Source of the DNA: Candidatus Angelobacter sp. Gp1-AA117
Lineage (GTDB): Bacteria > Acidobacteriota > Terriglobia > Terriglobales > Acidobacteriaceae
Assembly (NCBI GenBank): GCA_003223515.1
Contig: QHVI01000026.1
Coordinates: 18,345 to 82,344 of the forward strand
Reading direction: 5' to 3'
Length of the DNA: 64,000 nt
The notes under the pieces are model-generated. The model made no database searches. It had not been told where the DNA came from and was given only the letters and a program-made list of their open reading frames with translations. Shown here in pieces: positions 20,342 through 29,448 of this stretch; within the stretch, counting starts at the first letter, position 1, and each line of letters starts with the position of its first letter. The position numbers were made by a program, and so were the translations under genes.

Positions 20342-20797
20342 GTGCCGCTAGAAATGCATCAGCGGCATGAGCCCAGAAGCCTTTTGTATTTGCCTGACCT
20401 CGATGCGGATCGCGCATATCTTGTCTTAACAACATTTTGATTTGCGAGCTCCATAACCAGGAAATACAAAAGAGAAACTGTTTATTCCCTGTTGATTGCA
20501 CCGCTTGCACCGGGCGGTCTCCCTCAATATGTTCAGTAACAGCGGATTGCGGACGAATGTCGAGGCCTTCGACAATAAATTCCAATTTTGGAATTGTTCC
20601 CTTCGGTATATTCCAGAAACAAAGATTTCCGGGTTGTATTACTAAGGTAACCTGCTCATTCTAAAGGGGAATTGCAGTGGAACTCTGATTGCCCTAATGA
20701 ATAGGCAAAAGACGTGGGGGAAAGCCATCTGTAACCGTTTCAGAGTCAATTTAGGGGCTTACTCTCGTCATTTCACCAACCAAATGGAGAATGAGGA

Positions 20798-23700
20798 ATG
20801 AATATAAAACTGCGCGACATTATGGCTCTCGTCGCCGTTACTCTCGCGTTGGTTTGGTGCATCCCGTCCGTGGGACAGGTCATTAAAGGCTCGATTTCGG
20901 GCACAGTGACTGATCCTCAGGGCGCGGTTGTCGCCAACGCGCAAGTAAAAGCGAAGAACGTGGACACCGGACAGGTTTCTACAACGACCAGCGATAACTC
21001 GGGTAACTTCCGGCTGAACCTCTTGTCGGTGGGCACGTACACCGTAGAGATCACAGCTCAAGGCTTTAAGACCGCCACCCATAGCAATGTTCCGGTTGCC
21101 GCCGGTGCAGATTACGGTATTGGCAGCATCAAGATGAGCGTGGGCGAAACCACCACCACCGTGGAAGTTTCCGCCGATGCTCCGCTGATTGAAACCACGC
21201 AGGCACAGGTGACCAACACCTTTACCAGCACCACGCTCAAGACCTTTGCCGGTATTGAGGAGAACGAAGGCCTGGATCGTCTGGCATTGTTTGTTCCCGG
21301 CGTCGCATCCAGCCGCAGCAACAACTTTTCCAATACCAACGGCGCCAGTATTTCCAGCAACGGCAACCGTGGCCGTAACAATGACCAGGAAATCGACGGT
21401 CAGAACAACAACGATAACAGCGTGGGCGGCCCGGGGCTCTTCGTGAGCAACACCGAGTTCGTCCAGCAGTACGTAATCGTAACCAACCAGTTTGGTCCTG
21501 AATACGGCCGCAATGCCGGTTCGGTGGTCAACGTGATCACCAAGTCGGGCACCAATTCGTGGCACGGCAGCTTGTTTGGAACGAACAACAACTCGTTCAC
21601 CAGCGCGCTCAGCAACACGCAGCACAACACTCCCAAGCCCGGCACCACCACCTCCACCAATCCTCAAGGCACTCCGTTCACCGGTCCTCCGCGCTCCAAC
21701 GAGGAATTCACCGGCGGCACCATGGGTGGCCCGCTCCTGAAGAACAAGCTGTTCATCTTCGGCGGCTTCGACAACGATCTTTTCTCCGGTACCAGTGTGT
21801 TCACCACCACCTCCCGTACTCCTACGCCAAATGGTTTGTCCAAGCTGGCTGGCTGCGGCGTGAATACCACGGCTCTCTCGATCATGCAGTCGTTTGGCCC
21901 CTATGCCTTCAGCTTCGGCAATCCGACTCCACGCAGCCCGCAGTTAGCTAATATTGGAACCTGCACGGGCGCCAATGGCGTAGAAATCGGTGGCGTAACC
22001 CGCGTTGTCACCACGCCCTTCCACGGCTTTGACTGGGTTCTGCGCACTGACCTGCAGTTGGGCGGTGACACCATTACCAGCCGTTACATCTTCAACCGTG
22101 GCAGCAACTTCAACATCAGCGACAACGGCGCAGGCGGCTGGGTACGGAACACCCCAGCGCTGAGCCAAGCTGTGCTGGAGAGCTGGACCCACAACTTCAG
22201 CTCCCGCATGGTCAACGAAGCCCGCATCGGCTTCAACCGCCTGAATGTGGAATTCGGCGGCGGCCTGAATCCGTTTGAGCCGGATGCCGGTCACCTGCTC
22301 AATGCCTTCACCAACATCGCCATCACCGGCTTCCTGGGCCTCGGCCCGGCCACCAACCTGCCGCAGTCGCGCCTGGTGAACGACTGGCAGGCCCAGGACA
22401 ACTGGAACTACGTCCTTGGCAAGCACAACTTCAAGTCTGGCGTGAACTGGACCTATCAGCGTTCACCTAACATCTTCCTGCCTATCGTCAACGGTGCGTA
22501 CAGGTTCTCAAGTCTTAACACCTTCCTGACCACTAACACTCCCAACCGTGTGCAGATCGCCAACGGTAATCCCAACCTGGATTTCCGCGAGTATGATACC
22601 TTCCTGTACTTCGGTGATGACTGGAAGATCAAGCAGAACCTGACCATCAACGCCGGCCTGACCTGGACCTACTATGGCCAGCCCGCCAATCTCTTTAACC
22701 AGCTCACTACTCAGGTAGAGAGCAACCCCAGCACGGCCCTGTGGCTGCAGTCGCTGCCTCTGGCCCAGCGCACCAATCCGCAGATTCCGGCGGTGAAGAA
22801 CAGCTTTGGCCCGAGCATCGGCTTTGCCTATTCGCCGCAGTGGGGTGGTTTCCTCACTGGTCATGGCAAAACCGTCTTCCGCGGCGGCTATCGCATGTTG
22901 TATGATCCGCCGTTCTACAACATCTTCGTAAACATCTCGTCATCGGCGCCGATGACCTTCCTGCAGACCGTAACCACCGGCCTGAACAGCACTATGCTTC
23001 CTGCTACTCCGACCGGTCCCAACGTGCGCGCGCAACTGTCGCCGCTCATCCAAAAGAACACCTTCGACCCACGCACCCAGAACGAGACCAACGTTTCTCC
23101 CAATTTTGGTCCTGACAAGGTGCACTCCTGGAGCGCCGGCTTCGAGCGCGAGATCACCAAGAACGCCGCTTTTGAAGCTCGTTATTCAGGAACCCATGGC
23201 TTCGACCTGTTCCAGACCGTGGACAGCAATCCGTTCCTCGGAACCACTGCCCGTCCTGGCCTGTTGCAGAACTTCCCGCAATTCCTGCCGCCCGGAACGC
23301 CTACCACTGCCTGCCAGACCACCCAGCAGGTGGGACCTGGTGCGGGCACCGATGTGGGTCGCGTAAACTGCGGAGTCGGTGTATCCCGTACCCGTAACAA
23401 TGGCGGGTTCAACGACTACAACGCCATGCAGTTGGAATTCCGCGCGAACGACCTGTTCAAGCAGTTGACCATGCGCACTGGTTATACCTGGTCAAAGAAC
23501 CTCGATAACGTCAGCGAGATCTTTGCCACCGGTACCGCCGGAAACACCCTGTTCGCTTCACAGAACCCCTTCCAGACCGGTGGCGCCGAGCGCTCGACAT
23601 CGGGCCTCGACTACACCCACATCTGGACGATTCTGTTCACCGAGCAGATTCCATTCTTCAAAGAGCAGCATGGCGTAGTTGGGCACCTGCTTGGCGGCTG

Positions 23701-24361
23701 GACACTCTCAGCCAACTACATTCTCGGATCAGGACAGCCCTATACCCCACAACAGAATGGCGAGGCTTTCCAGACCGCAACCGGCAACTACTATGACTCG
23801 GCCTTTGTCGGCGCGTTTGTAGGTGTTGACAGCGCGCGGCCGTTCTTCGGGAACAAGAATGCCCCGGCGAATGCCGTGGGTATCTACGCCGGTGATGCCT
23901 GCACAGGCTTTGCCGCCGTGTTCGGCGTGGGCGGTGTTGCCTGCGCTCTGCCGGCCAACACCCTGATCAGCATGAACGCCCTGAACGGCAATAAGGCGCT
24001 GCTGAGCACCACTACCAACCTCGTGACCGTGACTCCGGACCAGGTACGCTTCATCATCAATGGACGCGTTGCCCAGTCCGTCTTCGGCACTCCGTTCGGT
24101 AATGTTCCTCGCAACCCGCAGCGGGATGCGATCTCGAACATCGCCAACGCCTCCGTGTTCAAGAACTTCAAGTTGGGTGAGCGCGTGAACTTTGAGATGC
24201 ACATGACCGCACTCAATGCTCTCAACCACTACAACTTTGCCAGCATCGATGCAAACCTGGAGAACGCTGGAGTCGGAGTGTTTGGATCGGACTTCGCCAA
24301 TCCGAGCGTAACCGCCGCCGGTGGCCGTACGGTCATCATTGGTGGAAAGGTCACCTTCTAA
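20798..24361 (+). CDS. TonB-dependent receptor-like outer-membrane protein, tandem paralog of 16644..20285
   Basis: 1187 aa, collinear with the upstream paralog (MNIKLRDIMALVAVTLALVWCIPSVGQVIKGSISGTVTDPQGAVV ... GGKVTF). Confidence 0.9.
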   Translation: MNIKLRDIMALVAVTLALVWCIPSVGQVIKGSISGTVTDPQGAVVANAQVKAKNVDTGQVSTTTSDNSGNFRLNLLSVGTYTVEITAQGFKTATHSNVPVAAGADYGIGSIKMSVGETTTTVEVSADAPLIETTQAQVTNTFTSTTLKTFAGIEENEGLDRLALFVPGVASSRSNNFSNTNGASISSNGNRGRNNDQEIDGQNNNDNSVGGPGLFVSNTEFVQQYVIVTNQFGPEYGRNAGSVVNVITKSGTNSWHGSLFGTNNNSFTSALSNTQHNTPKPGTTTSTNPQGTPFTGPPRSNEEFTGGTMGGPLLKNKLFIFGGFDNDLFSGTSVFTTTSRTPTPNGLSKLAGCGVNTTALSIMQSFGPYAFSFGNPTPRSPQLANIGTCTGANGVEIGGVTRVVTTPFHGFDWVLRTDLQLGGDTITSRYIFNRGSNFNISDNGAGGWVRNTPALSQAVLESWTHNFSSRMVNEARIGFNRLNVEFGGGLNPFEPDAGHLLNAFTNIAITGFLGLGPATNLPQSRLVNDWQAQDNWNYVLGKHNFKSGVNWTYQRSPNIFLPIVNGAYRFSSLNTFLTTNTPNRVQIANGNPNLDFREYDTFLYFGDDWKIKQNLTINAGLTWTYYGQPANLFNQLTTQVESNPSTALWLQSLPLAQRTNPQIPAVKNSFGPSIGFAYSPQWGGFLTGHGKTVFRGGYRMLYDPPFYNIFVNISSSAPMTFLQTVTTGLNSTMLPATPTGPNVRAQLSPLIQKNTFDPRTQNETNVSPNFGPDKVHSWSAGFEREITKNAAFEARYSGTHGFDLFQTVDSNPFLGTTARPGLLQNFPQFLPPGTPTTACQTTQQVGPGAGTDVGRVNCGVGVSRTRNNGGFNDYNAMQLEFRANDLFKQLTMRTGYTWSKNLDNVSEIFATGTAGNTLFASQNPFQTGGAERSTSGLDYTHIWTILFTEQIPFFKEQHGVVGHLLGGWTLSANYILGSGQPYTPQQNGEAFQTATGNYYDSAFVGAFVGVDSARPFFGNKNAPANAVGIYAGDACTGFAAVFGVGGVACALPANTLISMNALNGNKALLSTTTNLVTVTPDQVRFIINGRVAQSVFGTPFGNVPRNPQRDAISNIANASVFKNFKLGERVNFEMHMTALNALNHYNFASIDANLENAGVGVFGSDFANPSVTAAGGRTVIIGGKVTF

Positions 24362-24385
24362 CTCTGAGATCAACCTCAATCAACC

Positions 24386-24413
24386 CCCGCCGGCGCAAGC
24401 CGGCGGGTTTTTT
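24386..24413 (+). terminator. Rho-independent terminator
   Basis: CCCGCCGGC-GCAA-GCCGGCGGG followed by TTTTTT. Confidence 0.85.
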
Positions 24414-24439
24414 GTTTCCGCAAGAAAAACGTTCTGGAG

Positions 24440-24536
24440 CTCTTCTCTCAAAAGCTTTCCTCCGTGCCCCTTTTGTGAAACCTCTGTGTCCTTTGTGGTC
24501 AGGGTTTTGGTTGCGGCTCCGCTGCGCTGTGGTAAA
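24440..24536. repeat. 95-nt dispersed intergenic repeat, copy B
   Basis: CTCTTCTCTCAAAAGCTTTCCTCCGTGCCCCTTTTGTGAAACCTCTGTGTCCTTTGTGGTCAGGGTTTTGGTTGCGGCTCCGCTGCGCTGTGGTAAA. See copy A at 5691-5785. Confidence 0.85.
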
Positions 24537-24739
24537 CCCGAGGTCTGGTCTGCTCGGATTATCTTCGCAGCAAAGATCGCCGTCGAGTCAGGGGCTGAAT
24601 GCTGACTGCCAAACTCGAAATGGCCTGAACCGATCAGCGTAAATCAGCGTTCATCAGCGGCAAAAATCCAATGTTTCAGCCACATTGCACTCAAGGTTCA
24701 GGAGGATGGTCATGGGCGGAATGCTGGCTGCTCTGGAAG

Positions 24740-26137
24740 TCACGTTGATCCGGAGGGTGTCGTCGTTTGTCTGGACCTGGTAAACGCTCCCGCTGCAAAC
24801 ACCAGCACCACGGGGAAGCACTCCAGCATGTAGCGGGGTTCGGGGTTTTCAAGGGTGCCGAGGAACAAGGACCGCACCAGCACGAAGCCGGCCAGAACAA
24901 AACCATAAAGGCCCAGCCGCCAGCTTATCCAGCCACGCAGCGCCGCCAGCAGAAGCAGCAGGTTCAGTACCGCCCATAAAAAAGAAAAAGCGCTTTCTTT
25001 GGGATCGTTGGAGAACTCCCACCAGCGCGGATCCACAGGCAGCATCTCCGTGCGTGGACGCAGCCACATATCGGCAATACGCAGGGCGGGCAGCCACAGG
25101 TAATAGCGGAAAGGATTGTGGTTCATCCGTTCCCTTGCCAGCAACTCGAATTGCCAGTCCAGGGCGGGATCGATATAGAGCTGCTGGTTGTAGGCGGCAA
25201 TCAATTTTTCCGTGGCTTCGTATTCCGGGCGTGAATCGAAGGCCCGCTCGGGCAGGGAATTCATGCTGATGGATTCTCCGGAGACATGCCAGAACACTTC
25301 ATCCACAGAGACGAAATCCACTGTCCAGGTTTTTATCCAGTGGTTGAACCCCAGGGGCACAAATTCTCCCGGATCATCGGCATAGCGTGACGCCAGCGGC
25401 TGGAATATATGGAACGTTTTCCAGTTGCGTACTGTCCACGGGATGAGCGGACCAAGACTGGTGAGCAGCAACAGGGTTCCGGCGATCGCCGTTCGGTTCT
25501 TACTCAACGGCCTGAACATCAGGAAGAGCAGGACGGTGCCAAACGGCACCAGCAGGAGTAGGTTGTCCGGGCGCATGTAAATGGCTGCGGCCGTCCACAG
25601 GCCGCAGAAGCACCAGTGCCGGGCAGATTGCTGCCCGCCCTGGAGTTCTTTCAACCCGCGGATGCCGTAATAGAGTGCGTGGGCCGTGCAGAAGACCGCC
25701 AGGGTTTCAGAGAGTGGAGCGGCCGAGTAATTCGCCACAAAAGGGCAGAGCGCCGCCAATCCATAGGCAGCCTTGGCCGTCCTGGCATTCATGAGTTCCA
25801 GCGCCAGCGCAGCGATCACCAGGCAGGTATTGGTATCGATCAGCGCCTGCGCGACCATCACTGCGTGGTAATGCTCCTGGCCAAAGATGGAGAACATCAG
25901 TGCCAGGAACGTGGGGTAACCGGGCAGGCGAATCAGCGTAGGGCGGATATCCGGCCCGTCTGTCAGACCGTAAATGCCATGATTGAGCCAGTTCTTGGCG
26001 ATGTCGCCGTAGACGAAGCTGTCGCCAGCGACATGCGGATAGCGGAAAACAAAGAACAGCCGCAGGGCGAGAGCTGCGAGCGTGCACAACAGGAAAAACA
26101 GCTTGTTGTCGCGGATGAACTCGATGAGGCGTTTCAT
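24740..26137 (-). CDS. ArnT/PMT-like GT-C glycosyltransferase (family 39-type) membrane protein
   Basis: 465 aa with many TM helices. The N-terminal pattern RYPHVAGDSFVYGDIAKNW...RLPGYP is typical of ArnT/dolichyl-phosphate-mannose-type transferases. Confidence 0.7.
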   Translation of the reverse strand: MKRLIEFIRDNKLFFLLCTLAALALRLFFVFRYPHVAGDSFVYGDIAKNWLNHGIYGLTDGPDIRPTLIRLPGYPTFLALMFSIFGQEHYHAVMVAQALIDTNTCLVIAALALELMNARTAKAAYGLAALCPFVANYSAAPLSETLAVFCTAHALYYGIRGLKELQGGQQSARHWCFCGLWTAAAIYMRPDNLLLLVPFGTVLLFLMFRPLSKNRTAIAGTLLLLTSLGPLIPWTVRNWKTFHIFQPLASRYADDPGEFVPLGFNHWIKTWTVDFVSVDEVFWHVSGESISMNSLPERAFDSRPEYEATEKLIAAYNQQLYIDPALDWQFELLARERMNHNPFRYYLWLPALRIADMWLRPRTEMLPVDPRWWEFSNDPKESAFSFLWAVLNLLLLLAALRGWISWRLGLYGFVLAGFVLVRSLFLGTLENPEPRYMLECFPVVLVFAAGAFTRSRQTTTPSGST

Positions 26138-26344
26138 CAGTTAAGCTTTAATGTATCAGGGCTGCCTGGACCTGCTGGCGGTTCCTTCTTTTATCGACGT
26201 TTGCGCTCGAATCAAGAGAACGCGCGTATTCACCCGCAGAGTGTGATTCGGCAGCAAAGTTTAAGCTGTCGCGTATTGCGCGCTATAAGGCGGTGTCGCT
26301 TGGGTAAGTATTGGCCATCCGTCGGAAACAGTCGCAATTTGCTT

Positions 26345-28660
26345 CTATTGAGGGTCTGGTAATGATGGGCAGGTTCGGCGAGGAGCCTCGTTGGGCAGAT
26401 ACTCTTGCCACTCTTTTTTTGTTAAATTGCGCTGAAGATAAGAACAGGCCTTCTCAATCAAATCCTGACCTCGTACCCAATACTCCCGAATGAATATGGC
26501 CTCAGAGCCAATGGCCGCTGTTCGGATTCTCCGTCCGTCTTTGGAGAATTTTATGTTTTTTATGTTTCGCATATGATTGTCAATTTGGCCAATCTGATTT
26601 CCACCTGCGGCATCAAAAATTCGTACAATGCCGCCTCGTGTTGCAGAAGCGAACAATGTTCCATCATCAGTAATCGTTAAGGCAACGACTGCGCTGTCGT
26701 GAGGCAATACTCGTTGCAGTTTGCCTGTTTCCACATCGAAGATTCGAATATTGCTATCATCGCCTCCGCTGATGAGCAGCTTGTTGTCTTTGCTGAAACT
26801 TAGAGCGAGAACCGCGACCTTATCGGGTGACATCTGGCACTCCGTGGTAGATCTGTCAGAAAGCCTGAAAATGCGACATTTCTCGGCATCTCCGGTTGCT
26901 AAAAAATGACCATCTGGACTAACTGCTACTGCGTTTATCGGCCAGTCATGATTAATCGGTGGAAAGTGATTGCGAAAGTTTTTGGTTGCGTCAAACACGC
27001 GAGCCGAAATGTCTGAATTTCCATAAGTGCCTGTAGCGAGAATCTGGCTTGCCGAATCAAAAGCAAGGGCTTGGACTATGTTTTCGTGTGGAATAATCTT
27101 TATCGGTTTTCGGCTCACTACTTCAAAGATACGAACATTTCCCTGACCTTGGGGAACACTTATTCCGTCTCCGGTGGTCAGCCACTCATTGCTTGAATTG
27201 AACAGCACCGAAGCGACAGAGCCTTTGTGTTCGGACGATTCCCAACTGGATGAATCCGTAATATCAAAGACTCGCAAAATTCCATCTTCACTCCCGGTAG
27301 CTATTAGTCTATAGTCACTGCTCAAATCAATTGCCTGAACCCGGATGCTGGGAGTTGTGGGCAGCCGCAACACCTCGTCTCTGTTGATGATTTGAAATGC
27401 CCGTAGCTGCCTTTTAGACTCGCTAACAATAGCCAGGCGGTTGTGCGGGCCAAAGCAGATAGCGGTGACTGGGCCATCCAAAGGAAGCCTTGCCACCTCC
27501 CTCGCCGCACGCCAATCAAAGACGCGCGCTGTATGGTCGGAACTGGCAGTGGCCAACCAATTCCCGTCTTCACTAAACTCGACTGCGTTCACGAAATCCT
27601 GATGTTGCAGCAATGCACTTTCATCTCCTGTCGTAATATCGATTACGCGCGCAGTAGAGTCTCCGCCTGCAATGGCGACGAACTGGCTGTCCGGGCTGAA
27701 AACGACTGATTGGATGCGAGCTTCGTATTCCTTTCTGATCAGTTCATAGCGACCGTGTGAGTCAAAAACTCTGGCAATGCCGTCCTCACCTGCTGTTGCG
27801 ATCAGCTTTCCGTCAGGACTGAAAGCAATGGAACTGGAACGGTAAGCTGTCCTCAGTCTTAGGGTCTTCGCATTACTTGTATCTTTGAAGATACTGGCAC
27901 CATATTCGCCTGCGCTGGCTAGAAAGTGGCCTTCGGGAGCAAAACTTAAGGCCGTAATCTTGCCCGGTTGCCGTATCACAACGCGATGCCGGTGCGCATC
28001 TGCACTGTCAAAGATTCTGACATAATCCCCATTTGCAATGGCGAGCCTATCTCCTGTTGGACTAAATGCAATGGCCCTTATTTCCCCATAATACTTTTGC
28101 TGGGTTATGCTGCAAAACCTTATCTTCTGCGGTGGCGTGTTGCAGAACCCGTTTTCAGTAGCAAATATTTGTGCAATCCCGGAGGCCGTGCCGACGGCAA
28201 AATAACGGTCATCGTGGCTGAAGCTAAGAGCAAGCACCGCACCTTGAAATTTGTATCTAAAAATCGGAGCTCCGGTATCGGTTTCAGTTACTTGAACTAA
28301 CCCGTCAGATGTGCCGCCGGCCAGCCAGGCATGCTCCGCATTATGCATCTTGTGGCTGAAAGCAATAACATCTAAGGATGCGGAGCTTAAGGCCGGTAGT
28401 ATTCGCTCGGCAAGAAGATCCAGCGAGGTTCTGAGAGCTTGGTCTGTTTCAGGCAGCGCAGAAGTCCGCATGGCCTCGATTGCAAGTAGAGTGCTTGTTT
28501 CCACAGCGGACGCCCGTCCTATTAACAAGGATCTGGATTGACCTGCTAATTGACAGGCTTTTGCTCCAGACCTGTCGTCCATAGGTCCGTTCTGCAGCCA
28601 TAACGAAAATGCGGTCGCGTCTGGCAACAATACTACTAGCAACAACCAAAATCGCGTCAA
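26345..28660 (-). CDS. Exported/membrane-anchored WD40-repeat protein (about 14 blades)
   Basis: 771 aa. N-terminal hydrophobic segment MTRFWLLLVVLLP. About 14 repeats of the type IAFSPDGKLIATAGEDGIARVFD. C-terminal tail LIEKACSYLQRNLTKKEWQEYLPNEAPRRTCPSLP. Lies in low-GC DNA. Confidence 0.85.
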   Translation of the reverse strand: MTRFWLLLVVLLPDATAFSLWLQNGPMDDRSGAKACQLAGQSRSLLIGRASAVETSTLLAIEAMRTSALPETDQALRTSLDLLAERILPALSSASLDVIAFSHKMHNAEHAWLAGGTSDGLVQVTETDTGAPIFRYKFQGAVLALSFSHDDRYFAVGTASGIAQIFATENGFCNTPPQKIRFCSITQQKYYGEIRAIAFSPTGDRLAIANGDYVRIFDSADAHRHRVVIRQPGKITALSFAPEGHFLASAGEYGASIFKDTSNAKTLRLRTAYRSSSIAFSPDGKLIATAGEDGIARVFDSHGRYELIRKEYEARIQSVVFSPDSQFVAIAGGDSTARVIDITTGDESALLQHQDFVNAVEFSEDGNWLATASSDHTARVFDWRAAREVARLPLDGPVTAICFGPHNRLAIVSESKRQLRAFQIINRDEVLRLPTTPSIRVQAIDLSSDYRLIATGSEDGILRVFDITDSSSWESSEHKGSVASVLFNSSNEWLTTGDGISVPQGQGNVRIFEVVSRKPIKIIPHENIVQALAFDSASQILATGTYGNSDISARVFDATKNFRNHFPPINHDWPINAVAVSPDGHFLATGDAEKCRIFRLSDRSTTECQMSPDKVAVLALSFSKDNKLLISGGDDSNIRIFDVETGKLQRVLPHDSAVVALTITDDGTLFASATRGGIVRIFDAAGGNQIGQIDNHMRNIKNIKFSKDGRRIRTAAIGSEAIFIREYWVRGQDLIEKACSYLQRNLTKKEWQEYLPNEAPRRTCPSLPDPQ

Positions 28661-29094
28661 TTGGATATCCCTTATACCTAAAGTGCTACATTATAAGCGC
28701 TTGACATTAAACTCCAGCACTAAAGCAGTAGCGCTTAAGTGTACTGAAACACAGATACGTTTTAGTAGCATTTAGTATAGGCACGAGCACCATAGAAGGA
28801 GCAGGCATTAGACGGCTCTAATTTTGTGCGCCGGTTAAAAACGGAGTACCCTGGACGTAATTTTTTTTCCGGCCTTGCAAAATTTCTGGAATTATGCAAT
28901 ATAATCTCTCCGCGTCGGTCAGCAGTCTAGTAATCGTGGTCTGCCCGAGATCTTCGCCGTTTAGCCGTGCGCCATAGAACAGCTCTTCTTATTCTCTATG
29001 TAGCTACGGGTAATTGAAATCACGATTGATGTAACCCCGGTAGGGTCCAAGAAGGCGCCAGCAAATCACTTTTGGCAAAGGAGCTGTCCAGAAA

Positions 29095-29448
29095 ATGGCA
29101 AAGGCTGCTTTCTACGTACTAGCGATCTGTCTGATTATCTGCTGCATCGGGCAACGTACTTCGTTTGCTTGCCTGACCTATCATACAGACAAATTCGTCG
29201 CAACTGGCTGTGGTGATTCAGATTGTGTTTTCCAAACCTGCAATGACGGATTTGCACCAAATATGGATGAACTATTCCAACACAGCTCGGAGCAATTTGC
29301 CTCCCTTATATCGGGCTGGCAAACGAGCTACACTTCACCCGTGCGTAATCTGCAGCTTGCAAAGGTCAAGAGTCGCCGGGAACTGACATCTGAAACCGAA
29401 CGACACATGCAACTCAATGCATTGCTCGCTGCAGGGTGGCAGAAGTGA
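29095..29448 (+). CDS. Small Cys-rich secreted protein, hypothetical
   Basis: 117 aa. Signal-like MAKAAFYVLAICLIICCIG, then C-x12-C-x4-C-x4-C (ACLTYHTDKFVATGCGDSDCVFQTC). SD AAAGGAG lies 12 nt before the ATG. Confidence 0.5.
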   Translation: MAKAAFYVLAICLIICCIGQRTSFACLTYHTDKFVATGCGDSDCVFQTCNDGFAPNMDELFQHSSEQFASLISGWQTSYTSPVRNLQLAKVKSRRELTSETERHMQLNALLAAGWQK

